Program-made: the position numbers and the translations under genes
Shown here: piece after piece, positions 8,949 through 17,859 of the stretch
Numbering within the stretch: the stretch's first letter is position 1
Layout of the letters: each line of letters starts with the position of its first letter
Notes under the pieces: generated by a model
What the model was told of the DNA's origin: nothing
The model's input: the letters and a program-made list of their open reading frames with translations, nothing else
Databases searched by the model: none
Source of the DNA: Omnitrophica bacterium GWA2_41_15
Lineage (GTDB): Bacteria; Omnitrophota; Gorgyraeia; Gygaellales; UBA12090
Direction of reading: 5' to 3'
DNA: 56,099 nt
Assembly: GCA_919901925.1 (NCBI GenBank)
Contig: CAKKQA010000036.1
Location: forward strand, 1 to 56,099

Positions 8949-10493
8949 TTATATCCTGGCGGACAAGCCAATCTTCGCTTCCTCGACGTCAACTTTAATT
9001 ACCTTAACCTGTATTTTATCTTGAGGCTTTAACTTATCCGCGGCTTCCTTATCTATCTCGCTGGAATATATCAAGCCTTCCAGCTCTTCGTCGATTTTTA
9101 CAAAAACTCCGAACTGGCTAAGCTGAAGCACCTGCGCGTCTAAAATAGTGCCTACGGGATATCTTTGGGCGATCTGGCCCCACGGATTCGGCTGAAGCTG
9201 CTTTAACCCTAGAGAAATCCTGCGGTTAGTCCCGTCGACTGCCAAGACAATCACCTCCACCCTCTGGCCTTTCTTTAACACATCTTGAGGATGGTTTACC
9301 CTCTTTGCCCATGACATATCGGAAACATGAATCATCCCTTCAAGGTTATTATCCAGCTCGATAAAAGCGCCGTAATCCGTAAAACCTCTTACCTTTCCGG
9401 CCACTGTCAATCCAACAGGATATTTGGCTTCAGCATCTAACCAAGGATTTGCTTCAAGCTGCTTTATGCTTAGAGCTATCCTATGGGCATCCTTGTCTAT
9501 GCTTAAAACCTGGACTTCAACCATATCACCGATGGCAAATGTCCCCTGAAGGTTGCTCACCCGTTTTGCCCAAGAAATTTCCGAAATGTGTATAAGCCCT
9601 TCTATGCCTTTTTCTAATTCAATAAATACACCGTATGGCAATATGTTAACAACTTTGCCTTTTACTTTGGCCCCGATGGGATACTTGCTTTCAATATCAA
9701 CCCAAGGATTAGGCTGTTTTTGCTTTAACCCAAGAGAAACTTTGTTTTCCTGACGAGCAAGCCCAAGCACCATCACGTCTATCTTATCTCCTAAAGCGAC
9801 AACTTCAGAAGGATGGGTTATCTTTGACCAGCTCATATCAGTAATGTGCAGAAGGCCGTCAACTCCGCCCAAATCAATGAATGCCCCAAAGTCGGTTATG
9901 CTTTTTACAATACCGCTTCTTATTTCTCCGGCCTTAAGAGCTCCCCAAATCTTTTCTTTATTTTCTTCCCTCTCCTTAAACAATGCTTCTTTACGGGAAA
10001 GGATAATGCTATGGCGCAAGTTATTTACCTTTACCAATTTAAAGCTGAACGATTTATCCAGTATTTCTCTATCCGTCAAATTGCGAAAGCTGGAAAGCGA
10101 AGCCGGCAAGAAACCGTCAATGCCAAAAACATCGACCAGATATCCGCCTTTTATCTTTCTTTTTACCACTCCGCTGATTAAATCCCCTTCACGGGAACTC
10201 TTTACAATCCTGTCCCAACCTTGCAGCCTTATTGCCTTTTCGCGGGACAAAATTATCATTCCCGCTTCATCTTCTACCGCCTCGACATAAACCTCGATCT
10301 CTTTTCCAATCTGCAGTTCTATTTTCGAAAACTGCTCCTTAGAAATAACTCCTTCGGATTTATATCCAATATCGAGCAAAACCTCTTTTGGGCCGATTGA
10401 TACAATCTTTCCCATAACAATCTGGCCCTCCTCGACAGTCTTAAAACTGCTTTCGTAAAGCTCCTGCCATTTACTTTGTTTGGCTTCCACCAT
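8949..10493 (-). CDS. rpsA: 30S ribosomal protein S1
   Basis: Six tandem S1 OB-fold repeats are present (G..V.G.V..i..fGaFv.l...eGl.H.S). Confidence 0.9.
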   Translation of the reverse strand: MVEAKQSKWQELYESSFKTVEEGQIVMGKIVSIGPKEVLLDIGYKSEGVISKEQFSKIELQIGKEIEVYVEAVEDEAGMIILSREKAIRLQGWDRIVKSSREGDLISGVVKRKIKGGYLVDVFGIDGFLPASLSSFRNLTDREILDKSFSFKLVKVNNLRHSIILSRKEALFKEREENKEKIWGALKAGEIRSGIVKSITDFGAFIDLGGVDGLLHITDMSWSKITHPSEVVALGDKIDVMVLGLARQENKVSLGLKQKQPNPWVDIESKYPIGAKVKGKVVNILPYGVFIELEKGIEGLIHISEISWAKRVSNLQGTFAIGDMVEVQVLSIDKDAHRIALSIKQLEANPWLDAEAKYPVGLTVAGKVRGFTDYGAFIELDNNLEGMIHVSDMSWAKRVNHPQDVLKKGQRVEVIVLAVDGTNRRISLGLKQLQPNPWGQIAQRYPVGTILDAQVLQLSQFGVFVKIDEELEGLIYSSEIDKEAADKLKPQDKIQVKVIKVDVEEAKIGLSARI

Positions 10494-10622
10494 TAAAAGT
10501 CACTCTCCTTTTTGTATTTTTAGCTTTTAAGGCCATTGTTTATTTATCAGCCCTAAAGGTAAACTAATATTATCTTAAAATTTACTGTAATTGTCAATGC
10601 TTATTATTGAAAACTGACAATA

Positions 10623-10718
10623 AACCGGTTTACCAGTTGGCCAGTTTACCAGTTAAAAAGCAAAAAATGATTTTCTTTTATAACAGGCTAACCGGCAAAC
10701 AGGCTAACTGGCTAACTA
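10623..10718. repeat. Heptad-armed inverted repeat, CNGGTTA family (locus 1)
   Basis: The left arm AACCGGTTTACCAGTTGGCCAGTTTACCAGTTAA and right arm AACAGGCTAACCGGCAAACAGGCTAACTGGCTAAC flank an A/T-rich centre. Both arms have 7-nt periodicity. Confidence 0.7.
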
Positions 10719-11296
10719 AGAAGGGCTATTTGTCCAAATACATCTTTAGCTATCTTATCATAATCTTTCAAATCTTTGATAAAAACCGGTTTGCCGAAAG
10801 TTATCCTGATCTTAGCAGGCTTAATTAATTTTCTGCCCTTTCCCATTGCATTTCTAGAGCCGCGTATACGCACCGGGACAATCGGTACTTTAGCTTTATC
10901 AGCCAGAAAAACAAAACCCGTGGATATATTATTTAGCTCAAAGCCGCTAGACCTTGTCCCTTGAGGAAACACTACTAATCCCCTGCCTATTTTTAGGCGC
11001 CTAACCGACTCTTTAATAGCCGCTAAATCCGCTGACCAGCGTTTTATAGGAAAAGCTCCAACCTTAAATATTAAAGCCCCAAAAAAAGGATTCCTAAATA
11101 AGGTATCCCTGGCGGCGAAATTAAGTTCGCGCGGACAGGCAACACCCAAAAGCATCGGGTCAAGGATGCTGGAATGATTCGAAGCAAGGACAAAACCGCC
11201 TTTTAATGGGATATATTTTCTGCCTCGGACTTCTAAATGAAAAAATACTTTAGCGGCAATAAATAAAAAAAACCTAAAAATACGGTATAAAAACAT
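10712..11296 (-). CDS. plsC: 1-acyl-sn-glycerol-3-phosphate acyltransferase
   Basis: The HX4D motif (NHSSILD) and the FPQGTRS block are present. Confidence 0.8.
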   Translation of the reverse strand: MFLYRIFRFFLFIAAKVFFHLEVRGRKYIPLKGGFVLASNHSSILDPMLLGVACPRELNFAARDTLFRNPFFGALIFKVGAFPIKRWSADLAAIKESVRRLKIGRGLVVFPQGTRSSGFELNNISTGFVFLADKAKVPIVPVRIRGSRNAMGKGRKLIKPAKIRITFGKPVFIKDLKDYDKIAKDVFGQIALLS

Positions 11297-11306
11297 CTGA
11301 TTTGTC

Positions 11307-12686
11307 CTACTGCATTTTTAATATAATCTCTCTGCCCAGTTTAAGCAATTCCGCGGAGCGTTTTAAACTTTTAGCCTCGCTGTAAAGGCGCATCAGGGCC
11401 TCTGTCCCGGAAGCCCGAAACATCAACCAGCTTTCATCTTCACAAATAAGCTTTATCCCGTCATAATCCTTGACAGAAACAACTTTTTTCCCTAAAAGCT
11501 GGATGGGAAGGTCTTCTTTTTTAGGTTCTACGCGTTTAGCCAAATGAAGGTCATCGCGCAGATAATAATACCTGCCGAACTGTTTCTCGGTTTCATCAAG
11601 AATCTCACCGATACTTCTATTGCGGTACACCATCATCTCCAATAACAGTAAACCGGCTACGGTGCCATCTCGTTCCGGGATATAACCCTTTACGCCCATA
11701 CCGCCGGCTTCCTCGCCTCCGGCAACTATATCCTCTTTTTCCATAAGATTAGAGATATATTTAAAGCCAACCGGAGTTTCATAAAGTTTGACTTTAAGGT
11801 AGCTTGAGATTTTATCAATCATGGTTGTGCCGGCAATAGTCTTGACAATACCGCCGCTTAAACCTTTGTCCTGATTTAAGTGTAAGGCCAATAGCCCTAA
11901 AATTTTCTGAGGATGGATAAAAACTCCGCCTTTGGCCACAGCGGCAATCCTATCGGCATCTCCGTCAAGGGCAATGCCTAAATCAAATTTTCCCGCTTTC
12001 ACCCGTTTTTTTAATTCCTCCAGATTTCCCTCTACCGGTTCAGGCCTTGAGCCGCCGAAAGAAGGATTAATAGTATTACGCAGGAATTCCAGTTTTATAG
12101 AACTGCCCTTTAAAACTTCGGCGATAAAGCTATCCCCCGAGCCATACATCGAATCTACTAAAACCTTGAATTTTTTGTTTTTTATTTTTTTAAAATCGAT
12201 ATATGAACGGATAAATTTAACATAATCGCTGACTAAGTTTTCGGTTTTTATGTTTCCTCTTGTGCTGTCTGAATCAGCCTTCACAGGATTTTTGCCTAAA
12301 AGGGCTTCAACAGCCGAAGTCACTTCCGGCCCTGCTGCTCCGCCGGAGGAGACCTTTATCTTAAAACCATTATATTCTGCCGGATTATGAGACGCGGTAA
12401 TCATAACCCCTAAATCTTGTTTTTTCCGGCTTACGGCAAAACTTAACGCCGGAGTAGGCAGGGGCCTGTCTGAAAGGATAACCTTAAGGCCGTTATTCCT
12501 CAAAACTTCCGCGCATAATTTAGCAAAAACCCCTGACATAAAACGCGTATCAAAACCAACCGCGATATTTTTACCGCTTCCCATATAATCCGCTACTGCT
12601 TGAGAGACTATTTTCAGGTTTTCGAATGTATAATCATCCGCTATTATCCCACGCCATCCATCGGTGCCGAATTTAATATTAGACAT
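11307..12686 (-). CDS. Phosphoglucomutase/phosphomannomutase family protein
   Basis: The active-site loop TASHNP, the Mg site DGDADR and a four-domain length are present. Confidence 0.85.
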   Translation of the reverse strand: MSNIKFGTDGWRGIIADDYTFENLKIVSQAVADYMGSGKNIAVGFDTRFMSGVFAKLCAEVLRNNGLKVILSDRPLPTPALSFAVSRKKQDLGVMITASHNPAEYNGFKIKVSSGGAAGPEVTSAVEALLGKNPVKADSDSTRGNIKTENLVSDYVKFIRSYIDFKKIKNKKFKVLVDSMYGSGDSFIAEVLKGSSIKLEFLRNTINPSFGGSRPEPVEGNLEELKKRVKAGKFDLGIALDGDADRIAAVAKGGVFIHPQKILGLLALHLNQDKGLSGGIVKTIAGTTMIDKISSYLKVKLYETPVGFKYISNLMEKEDIVAGGEEAGGMGVKGYIPERDGTVAGLLLLEMMVYRNRSIGEILDETEKQFGRYYYLRDDLHLAKRVEPKKEDLPIQLLGKKVVSVKDYDGIKLICEDESWLMFRASGTEALMRLYSEAKSLKRSAELLKLGREIILKMQ

Positions 12687-12718
12687 GTTTTGCTCTCCTA
12701 AACAAAAATAACCTGTAA

Positions 12719-13366
12719 CTATATTGTTATATTCTTCAATTTCTCTATTGCTTCTCTCCTATCCTTCGCCTTGAAAATATATGTGCCGCAAGCCAAGATA
12801 TTAGCGCCTTCTTTTACAGTAAGTTTTCCGTTTTCATAATCAATCCCTCCGTCGACAGCAATATCGCCTTTATAATAAGAACGCAATTTACTTATCTTAG
12901 GCAAAACCTCGGGCATAAACTTTTGCCCTCCAAACCCCGGCTGGACAGTCATTATCAAAACCATATCGCAATGATCCAGGCAATCGCCTATTTGAGACAA
13001 CATAGTCTTGGGATTCAAAGATATGGCTATTTTTTTACCGATCTTATGCAGTTTTAAAGCCTGTTTTTTAAATTCGGAGCTTTTAATTGTTTCAATATGC
13101 AATGTTATAATATCCGCGCCGGCATCGACAAAACTATCAATATAATTCTGCGGCGATTCAATCATAAGGTGTGCTTCAAACCTAAGAGAAGTAACCGGCC
13201 TTAAACTTTTAATTACCGGCGGGCCGATGGTAATATTCGGCACAAAATGGCCATCCATTATATCCAGGTGCAAAAAATCAACTCCCAACGCTTCCACGTC
13301 CTTAATTTCTTCAGCTAAACGCGAAAAGTCAGCTGATAATAATGAAGGAGCAATTTGTGTTTTCAT
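12719..13366 (-). CDS. rpe: Ribulose-phosphate 3-epimerase
   Basis: HLDIMDGHFVPN and VDGGI motifs are present and the length (215 aa) fits. Confidence 0.9.
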   Translation of the reverse strand: MKTQIAPSLLSADFSRLAEEIKDVEALGVDFLHLDIMDGHFVPNITIGPPVIKSLRPVTSLRFEAHLMIESPQNYIDSFVDAGADIITLHIETIKSSEFKKQALKLHKIGKKIAISLNPKTMLSQIGDCLDHCDMVLIMTVQPGFGGQKFMPEVLPKISKLRSYYKGDIAVDGGIDYENGKLTVKEGANILACGTYIFKAKDRREAIEKLKNITI

Positions 13367-13396
13367 ATTTAGCCTAAAGGGTTATAAATTATTAGG

Positions 13397-13568
13397 GCGC
13401 CGGAAATCTCTGTTCGCACACAATTAGAAATTTTTTGCCAAAAGTCGGCAAGGATTTGCGGCGAATGAAGCGAGTCTACTTAAGTATATAGGATGTCAGC
13501 GAGCGTAAAGAGCCGCAAACCGTAGCCGACGGCAAAAAATTTCGTGTGCGAACAGAGATTTCCGGCGC
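13397..13568. repeat. R170 long-hairpin repeat, copy 2 (complete, MITE-like)
   Basis: Terminal inverted repeats are GCGCCGGAAATCTCTGTTCGCACAC... and ...GTGTGCGAACAGAGATTTCCGGCGC. The interior is also largely self-complementary. Confidence 0.85.
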
Positions 13569-13581
13569 ATAGCAATTGCTA

Positions 13582-14157
13582 TTAAAGGCCTTTATATAAA
13601 TTGTTTTTCAAGATGTGGCTATACACCTTTTCCGGCAGCAGGTACCTTACGGGTTCGTCAAGCTTTATCCGCTGACGGATCCTAAAAGCGGAAATATCCA
13701 ATGATTCGATAACCACCGGCAAAACGCCTTTTGGCATGTCCTTTAACGGGTAATTCGGGCGGCTGGCAACTACAAATTTTGCCAGCTTCATCAATTCTTG
13801 GACATCCTTCCAACTATCCAGGTAATTTAAAGCGTCAGAGCCGAGTATAAAAAAAAGCTTAAAACTCGAAGGATATTGTTCGCTTAATGCCTTAATAGTA
13901 TCTATAGAATACGATTTTCCTTTACGTTTAATTTCCATATCATTTACTTCGAAATCCGGATTACCTGCTACTGCCAGTTTAACCATCTTTAACCGATGAC
14001 TGGCATCAATAAGATCTTTTTCTTCTTTGTGCGGCGCGAGATTCGCCGGAATAAAGACTACCTTATCCAGCGACAACTTATGCTTTACTTCGCAAGCGAG
14101 TACAAGATGGCCTAAATGGATAGGATTGAATGTGCCGCCCAAAATCCCAATTTTCAT
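13582..14157 (-). CDS. nadD: Nicotinate-nucleotide adenylyltransferase
   Basis: The GGTFNPIHLGH motif and the 191 aa length fit. Confidence 0.9.
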   Translation of the reverse strand: MKIGILGGTFNPIHLGHLVLACEVKHKLSLDKVVFIPANLAPHKEEKDLIDASHRLKMVKLAVAGNPDFEVNDMEIKRKGKSYSIDTIKALSEQYPSSFKLFFILGSDALNYLDSWKDVQELMKLAKFVVASRPNYPLKDMPKGVLPVVIESLDISAFRIRQRIKLDEPVRYLLPEKVYSHILKNNLYKGL

Positions 14158-14178
14158 ATTTTTCCTTCTGGCTTATGG

Positions 14179-15423
14179 CTATTTTCTAATCTGTCCGCTT
14201 CCGAAAATCATATACTTATATGTCGTCAATTCTTCCAAAGCCATCGGGCCGCGGGCATGAATTTTATCGGTGGAAATCCCGATTTCCGCGCCCATGCCGA
14301 ATTCGTATCCGTCGGTAAAACGGGTAGAGGCGTTAACATATACACAGGCAGAATCCACATTTTTTAAAAATACATCCGCGTTTTCATAGCTTTCGCTTAC
14401 TATCGCGTCAGAATGATGCGAGCCATAAGTATTAATATGCTTTATGGCCTCATCTAAATCCTCAACAACCTTTACCGATAAAATTAAATCCAGATATTCC
14501 GCGCGCCAATCTTTTTCTGTGGCATTCTTAATGCCTTTAACTATTTTTCGCGTACACGCGCATCCGCGGATTTCAACGCCCGCTTCCTTGTATTTCTTTA
14601 TCATAATAGGCAAGAATCGCCCGGCGCAGGCTCTATGTACAAGCAAGGTTTCCATGGCGTTACAAACCCCCGGCCTTTGCACCTTGGCGTTAAAACAGAT
14701 ATTTTCCGCCATTTTAAGGTCACAGGTTTCATCGACATAAACATGGCATATGCCTTTATAATGTTTGATAACAGGTATCCGGGAATTGCGTGCGACAAAA
14801 TTTATGAGCCCTTCTCCTCCCCTGGGAATAACAAGGTCTATATGCTCCTTCATTTTCAAAAGATAATTTAGAGCTTTTCGGTCCGGGGTATCAATAAAAG
14901 TAATCGCGCCCTCGGGAATACCTTGTTTAATGGCCTCCTGCTCCATTATAGAAGAAATTATCCTATTGGTATGCATAGCCTCTCTTCCGCCGCGCAATAC
15001 GCAAGCGTTTCCGGATTTTAAACATAATCCCGCGCAGTCGCTAGTTACGTTCGGACGAGACTCATAGATAACCGCGATAACTCCTATCGGAACTTTTACT
15101 TTTTGTATCCATAACCCGTTAGGCCTTGTCCAGCCATCGATAACATCCCCCACAGGGTCAGATAAACCCGCCACCTGCCTTAAAGAATCCGCCATCCGCT
15201 TAATCCGCTTTTTGTCTAAAGACAGCCGATCCAAAAGGGCTTTACTTAATGACTTATTTACATGGATATCTTTTTTATTTTCAGCGATTATTGCCTGGGC
15301 CTTATTCTCTAATGCCTTAGCCATATTCAGCAATGCCTTATTTTTCACATCAGTTGAAAGGTTAGCTAGTATATAAGATGCTGATTTCGCTTCTTTGGCT
15401 TGTTCTCTTAATCTTTGTATCAT
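14179..15423 (-). CDS. proA: Glutamate-5-semialdehyde dehydrogenase
   Basis: It has an ALDH-fold and the overall ProA pattern, and lies adjacent to proB. Confidence 0.93.
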   Translation of the reverse strand: MIQRLREQAKEAKSASYILANLSTDVKNKALLNMAKALENKAQAIIAENKKDIHVNKSLSKALLDRLSLDKKRIKRMADSLRQVAGLSDPVGDVIDGWTRPNGLWIQKVKVPIGVIAVIYESRPNVTSDCAGLCLKSGNACVLRGGREAMHTNRIISSIMEQEAIKQGIPEGAITFIDTPDRKALNYLLKMKEHIDLVIPRGGEGLINFVARNSRIPVIKHYKGICHVYVDETCDLKMAENICFNAKVQRPGVCNAMETLLVHRACAGRFLPIMIKKYKEAGVEIRGCACTRKIVKGIKNATEKDWRAEYLDLILSVKVVEDLDEAIKHINTYGSHHSDAIVSESYENADVFLKNVDSACVYVNASTRFTDGYEFGMGAEIGISTDKIHARGPMALEELTTYKYMIFGSGQIRK

Positions 15424-15441
15424 ATTTAGGAAACTTGAAAA

Positions 15442-16509
15442 CTACAGAATTACCAGATTATCTTTATGTATGACTTCCCGCGCGAGTCGGCTACCCTTAT
15501 TCGCGTCTAATTCTTTCGACGAGAAATTTACTTTTCCCCGGGCAAACTCCGACATATCCGTGCCTAAGACGCTCACAGTATCATTTTTCTTGAAATTACC
15601 TTTAACAGCGGATACCCCGACTGCGAGCAGGCTTTTATTACAATTAATAAGCGCGTTTTTTGCGCCATCATCAACAATAAGGGCGCCTTTAGCCCTGACG
15701 CCGTAAGCTATCCAGCCCTTCTTAGCTTTTATCAGGGAATTCTTAGGAAGAAAAAGCGTGCCTACATCATTGCCCGAGGCGGCTTTTAAAAGCGAATCCT
15801 TATCCCTGCCATTAGCAATAACACAAGGTATCCCCGCGCCTGTGGCTATTTGGACAGCCGCGATCTTCGCGGACATACCGCCAACACAAGTTTCCTTATC
15901 AGTAGAACAACATAAACGGTTTATTTCAGGAGTAATTTCACTAACTACTCTAATTACCTCTTTTTTAGGAAGGCGGTATAAGCCATCGACATCGGATAGA
16001 ATAATTAAAATGTCCGCGGAAACCAAATTAGCGACTAACGCGGAAAGCTTATCATTATCCCCGAAGCGGATCTCATCTGTTGAAACAGTGTCATTTTCAT
16101 TTATAATAGGCAGTATTTTGTTTTTGATTAAATACAGTAGGGTATGCCTGACATTCAGATAACGCGCCCTATCTTCAAAATCTTCCCATGTAAGCAAAAC
16201 TTGCGCGCATATACGCTTATCTGCTCCCATAAGCTTACGATACAAAGCCATCAACTCATTTTGCCCGATGCTTGCTGACGCCTGAAGCCCGGCCATATCT
16301 TTTGGGCGCTTATTCAGCCTTAAAACCGACATGCCGCAAGCTACTGCTCCCGAGGAAACCAAAATTACTTCTTTGCTTTCATCTAAAAGCCGGGCAATCT
16401 GCGCCGTAATATTTTTTAAATATTCCAAAGTGATTGAGCCGCACTTGGAACTTATCAGGCTAGAGCCGACTTTAATTACTACGCGCGAAAAGCTTTTTTT
16501 CGATTGCAT
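15442..16509 (-). CDS. proB: Glutamate 5-kinase (with C-terminal PUA domain)
   Basis: The VIKVGSS N-terminus and amino-acid kinase fold are present. It overlaps the obg 3' end by 38 nt, so the true start may be slightly downstream. Confidence 0.9.
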   Translation of the reverse strand: MQSKKSFSRVVIKVGSSLISSKCGSITLEYLKNITAQIARLLDESKEVILVSSGAVACGMSVLRLNKRPKDMAGLQASASIGQNELMALYRKLMGADKRICAQVLLTWEDFEDRARYLNVRHTLLYLIKNKILPIINENDTVSTDEIRFGDNDKLSALVANLVSADILIILSDVDGLYRLPKKEVIRVVSEITPEINRLCCSTDKETCVGGMSAKIAAVQIATGAGIPCVIANGRDKDSLLKAASGNDVGTLFLPKNSLIKAKKGWIAYGVRAKGALIVDDGAKNALINCNKSLLAVGVSAVKGNFKKNDTVSVLGTDMSEFARGKVNFSSKELDANKGSRLAREVIHKDNLVIL

Positions 16510-17443
16510 TTAACAATACTCCAATCCCTTCATTTTCTAACGCTGATATAGGGATTATCCTTTCCTTGACTGACTTTTTAAACCTTACTAAATTTTGTTT
16601 AGCAGAAGGCAGGTCAATTTTATTTGCCACCAAAATCTTCTGTTTTTTAAAAACCTCGCGGCTGTAAAACTTCAACTCATCGCTTATTACGCGATAATCC
16701 TCTATCGGATCCCTGCCATCGGAACCAGCCATATCTATCATATGCAGCAGAATTTTAGTGTGTTCAACATGGCGCAGGAACCTGTCTCCTAAACCTTTGC
16801 CCACGTGTGAATCCTTAATCAGCCCGGGGATATCAGCGACAGAATACGTATGTACGCCAGACTCCACAACGCCTAAAACAGGGGCTTTTGTGGTAAAGGG
16901 GTAAGGAGCGATTTTAGGATGAGCCGCGGAAATCTTTGATATCAGGGTAGACTTTCCGCTGTTAGGAAAACCTACCAACCCGACATCGGCAATCAGTTTC
17001 AGGTCTAATATTAAAATCTTTTCTTCGCCAAGAGTCCCCTCATGGTCGCCGTATTTTAAATGCGCGCTTCCCTTGCCGCCTAAGCCGCCCCTGGCCACAA
17101 CTATTTCCTGGCCGTCTTCCAACAATTCCCTTAACTTACATCCGATTGCTTCTTCTGTAATGATTGTGCCTACAGGCACTCTTACAACCGTATCCGCGGC
17201 GTCGCGGCCTGTTTTTTTATTTGATGAACCGTGGCCGCCGGAGAGAGCGGTAAAATGCTGGCGGAATTTAAAATCGTAAAGCGTAAGCAGATTATTATCC
17301 GCGCGGATAATAACATTTCCGCCATTGCCGCCGTCTCCTCCGTCAGGCTTGGGGTAACGCCACATCTTATCTCTGTATGAACTATTACAGCCGTCCCCGC
17401 CCTTTCCGCCTTTAACAGTTACTCTTGCGTTATCAACGAACAT
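16472..17443 (-). CDS. obg: GTPase Obg/CgtA
   Basis: The Gly-rich Obg fold (GGDGGNGG) and G1 motif GFPNSGKST are present. Confidence 0.95.
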   Translation of the reverse strand: MFVDNARVTVKGGKGGDGCNSSYRDKMWRYPKPDGGDGGNGGNVIIRADNNLLTLYDFKFRQHFTALSGGHGSSNKKTGRDAADTVVRVPVGTIITEEAIGCKLRELLEDGQEIVVARGGLGGKGSAHLKYGDHEGTLGEEKILILDLKLIADVGLVGFPNSGKSTLISKISAAHPKIAPYPFTTKAPVLGVVESGVHTYSVADIPGLIKDSHVGKGLGDRFLRHVEHTKILLHMIDMAGSDGRDPIEDYRVISDELKFYSREVFKKQKILVANKIDLPSAKQNLVRFKKSVKERIIPISALENEGIGVLLNAIEKKLFARSN

Positions 17444-17456
17444 TTTATTCCTTTAA

Positions 17457-17527
17457 GTCCAGAACTTGGAACTTAGAGCTTGGTTTGGCCTGACTAAGTT
17501 CTAAGTTCCAAGTTCTAAGTTCTAAAC
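17457..17527. repeat. Heptad-armed inverted repeat, CTAAGTT/CCAAGTT family
   Basis: CCAGAACTTGGAACTTAGAGCTTGG faces CTAAGTTCTAAGTTCCAAGTTCTAAGTTCTAAAC. It lies between rplU and obg and overlaps the rplU stop codon. Confidence 0.7.
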
Positions 17528-17851
17528 TTTCTCTATATGTATCTCCTCAATCTTAACCCTCGTCAAATTCTGCCTATGGCCGATTCTTGTTTTGCTTGAT
17601 TTCCTTCTGGTATACTTGAAAGCGATCACCTTCTTTGTCCGAAGATTATTGACAACGATGGCTGTAACCTTTACACCCTCTAAATAAGGCTGGCCAACCT
17701 TTACTTCCTCGCCCAAACTCGTCAAAAGGACATTCCCGAAAGAAACCTCTTTGCCTTTTTCCGCATTCAGTTTCTCTACTTCAATAACACTATCCTTCTC
17801 CACCTTATATTGTTTCCCGCCTGTTTCGATTATCGCGTACATTTTATTCAC
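17522..17851 (-). CDS. rplU: 50S ribosomal protein L21
   Basis: MYAIIETGGKQYKV is the canonical L21 N-terminus. Confidence 0.9.
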   Translation of the reverse strand: MNKMYAIIETGGKQYKVEKDSVIEVEKLNAEKGKEVSFGNVLLTSLGEEVKVGQPYLEGVKVTAIVVNNLRTKKVIAFKYTRRKSSKTRIGHRQNLTRVKIEEIHIEKV

Positions 17852-17859
17852 TCCTTAAT

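Noticed and set aside
10623-10718. Heptad arrays (here and at 1310, 17457, 25580, 39041, 40688, 41949, 48008) as CRISPR arrays.
   Set aside because: The units are 7 nt with no spacers, arranged as inverted arms of fewer than 45 nt. No cas genes are present. This is incompatible with CRISPR architecture.
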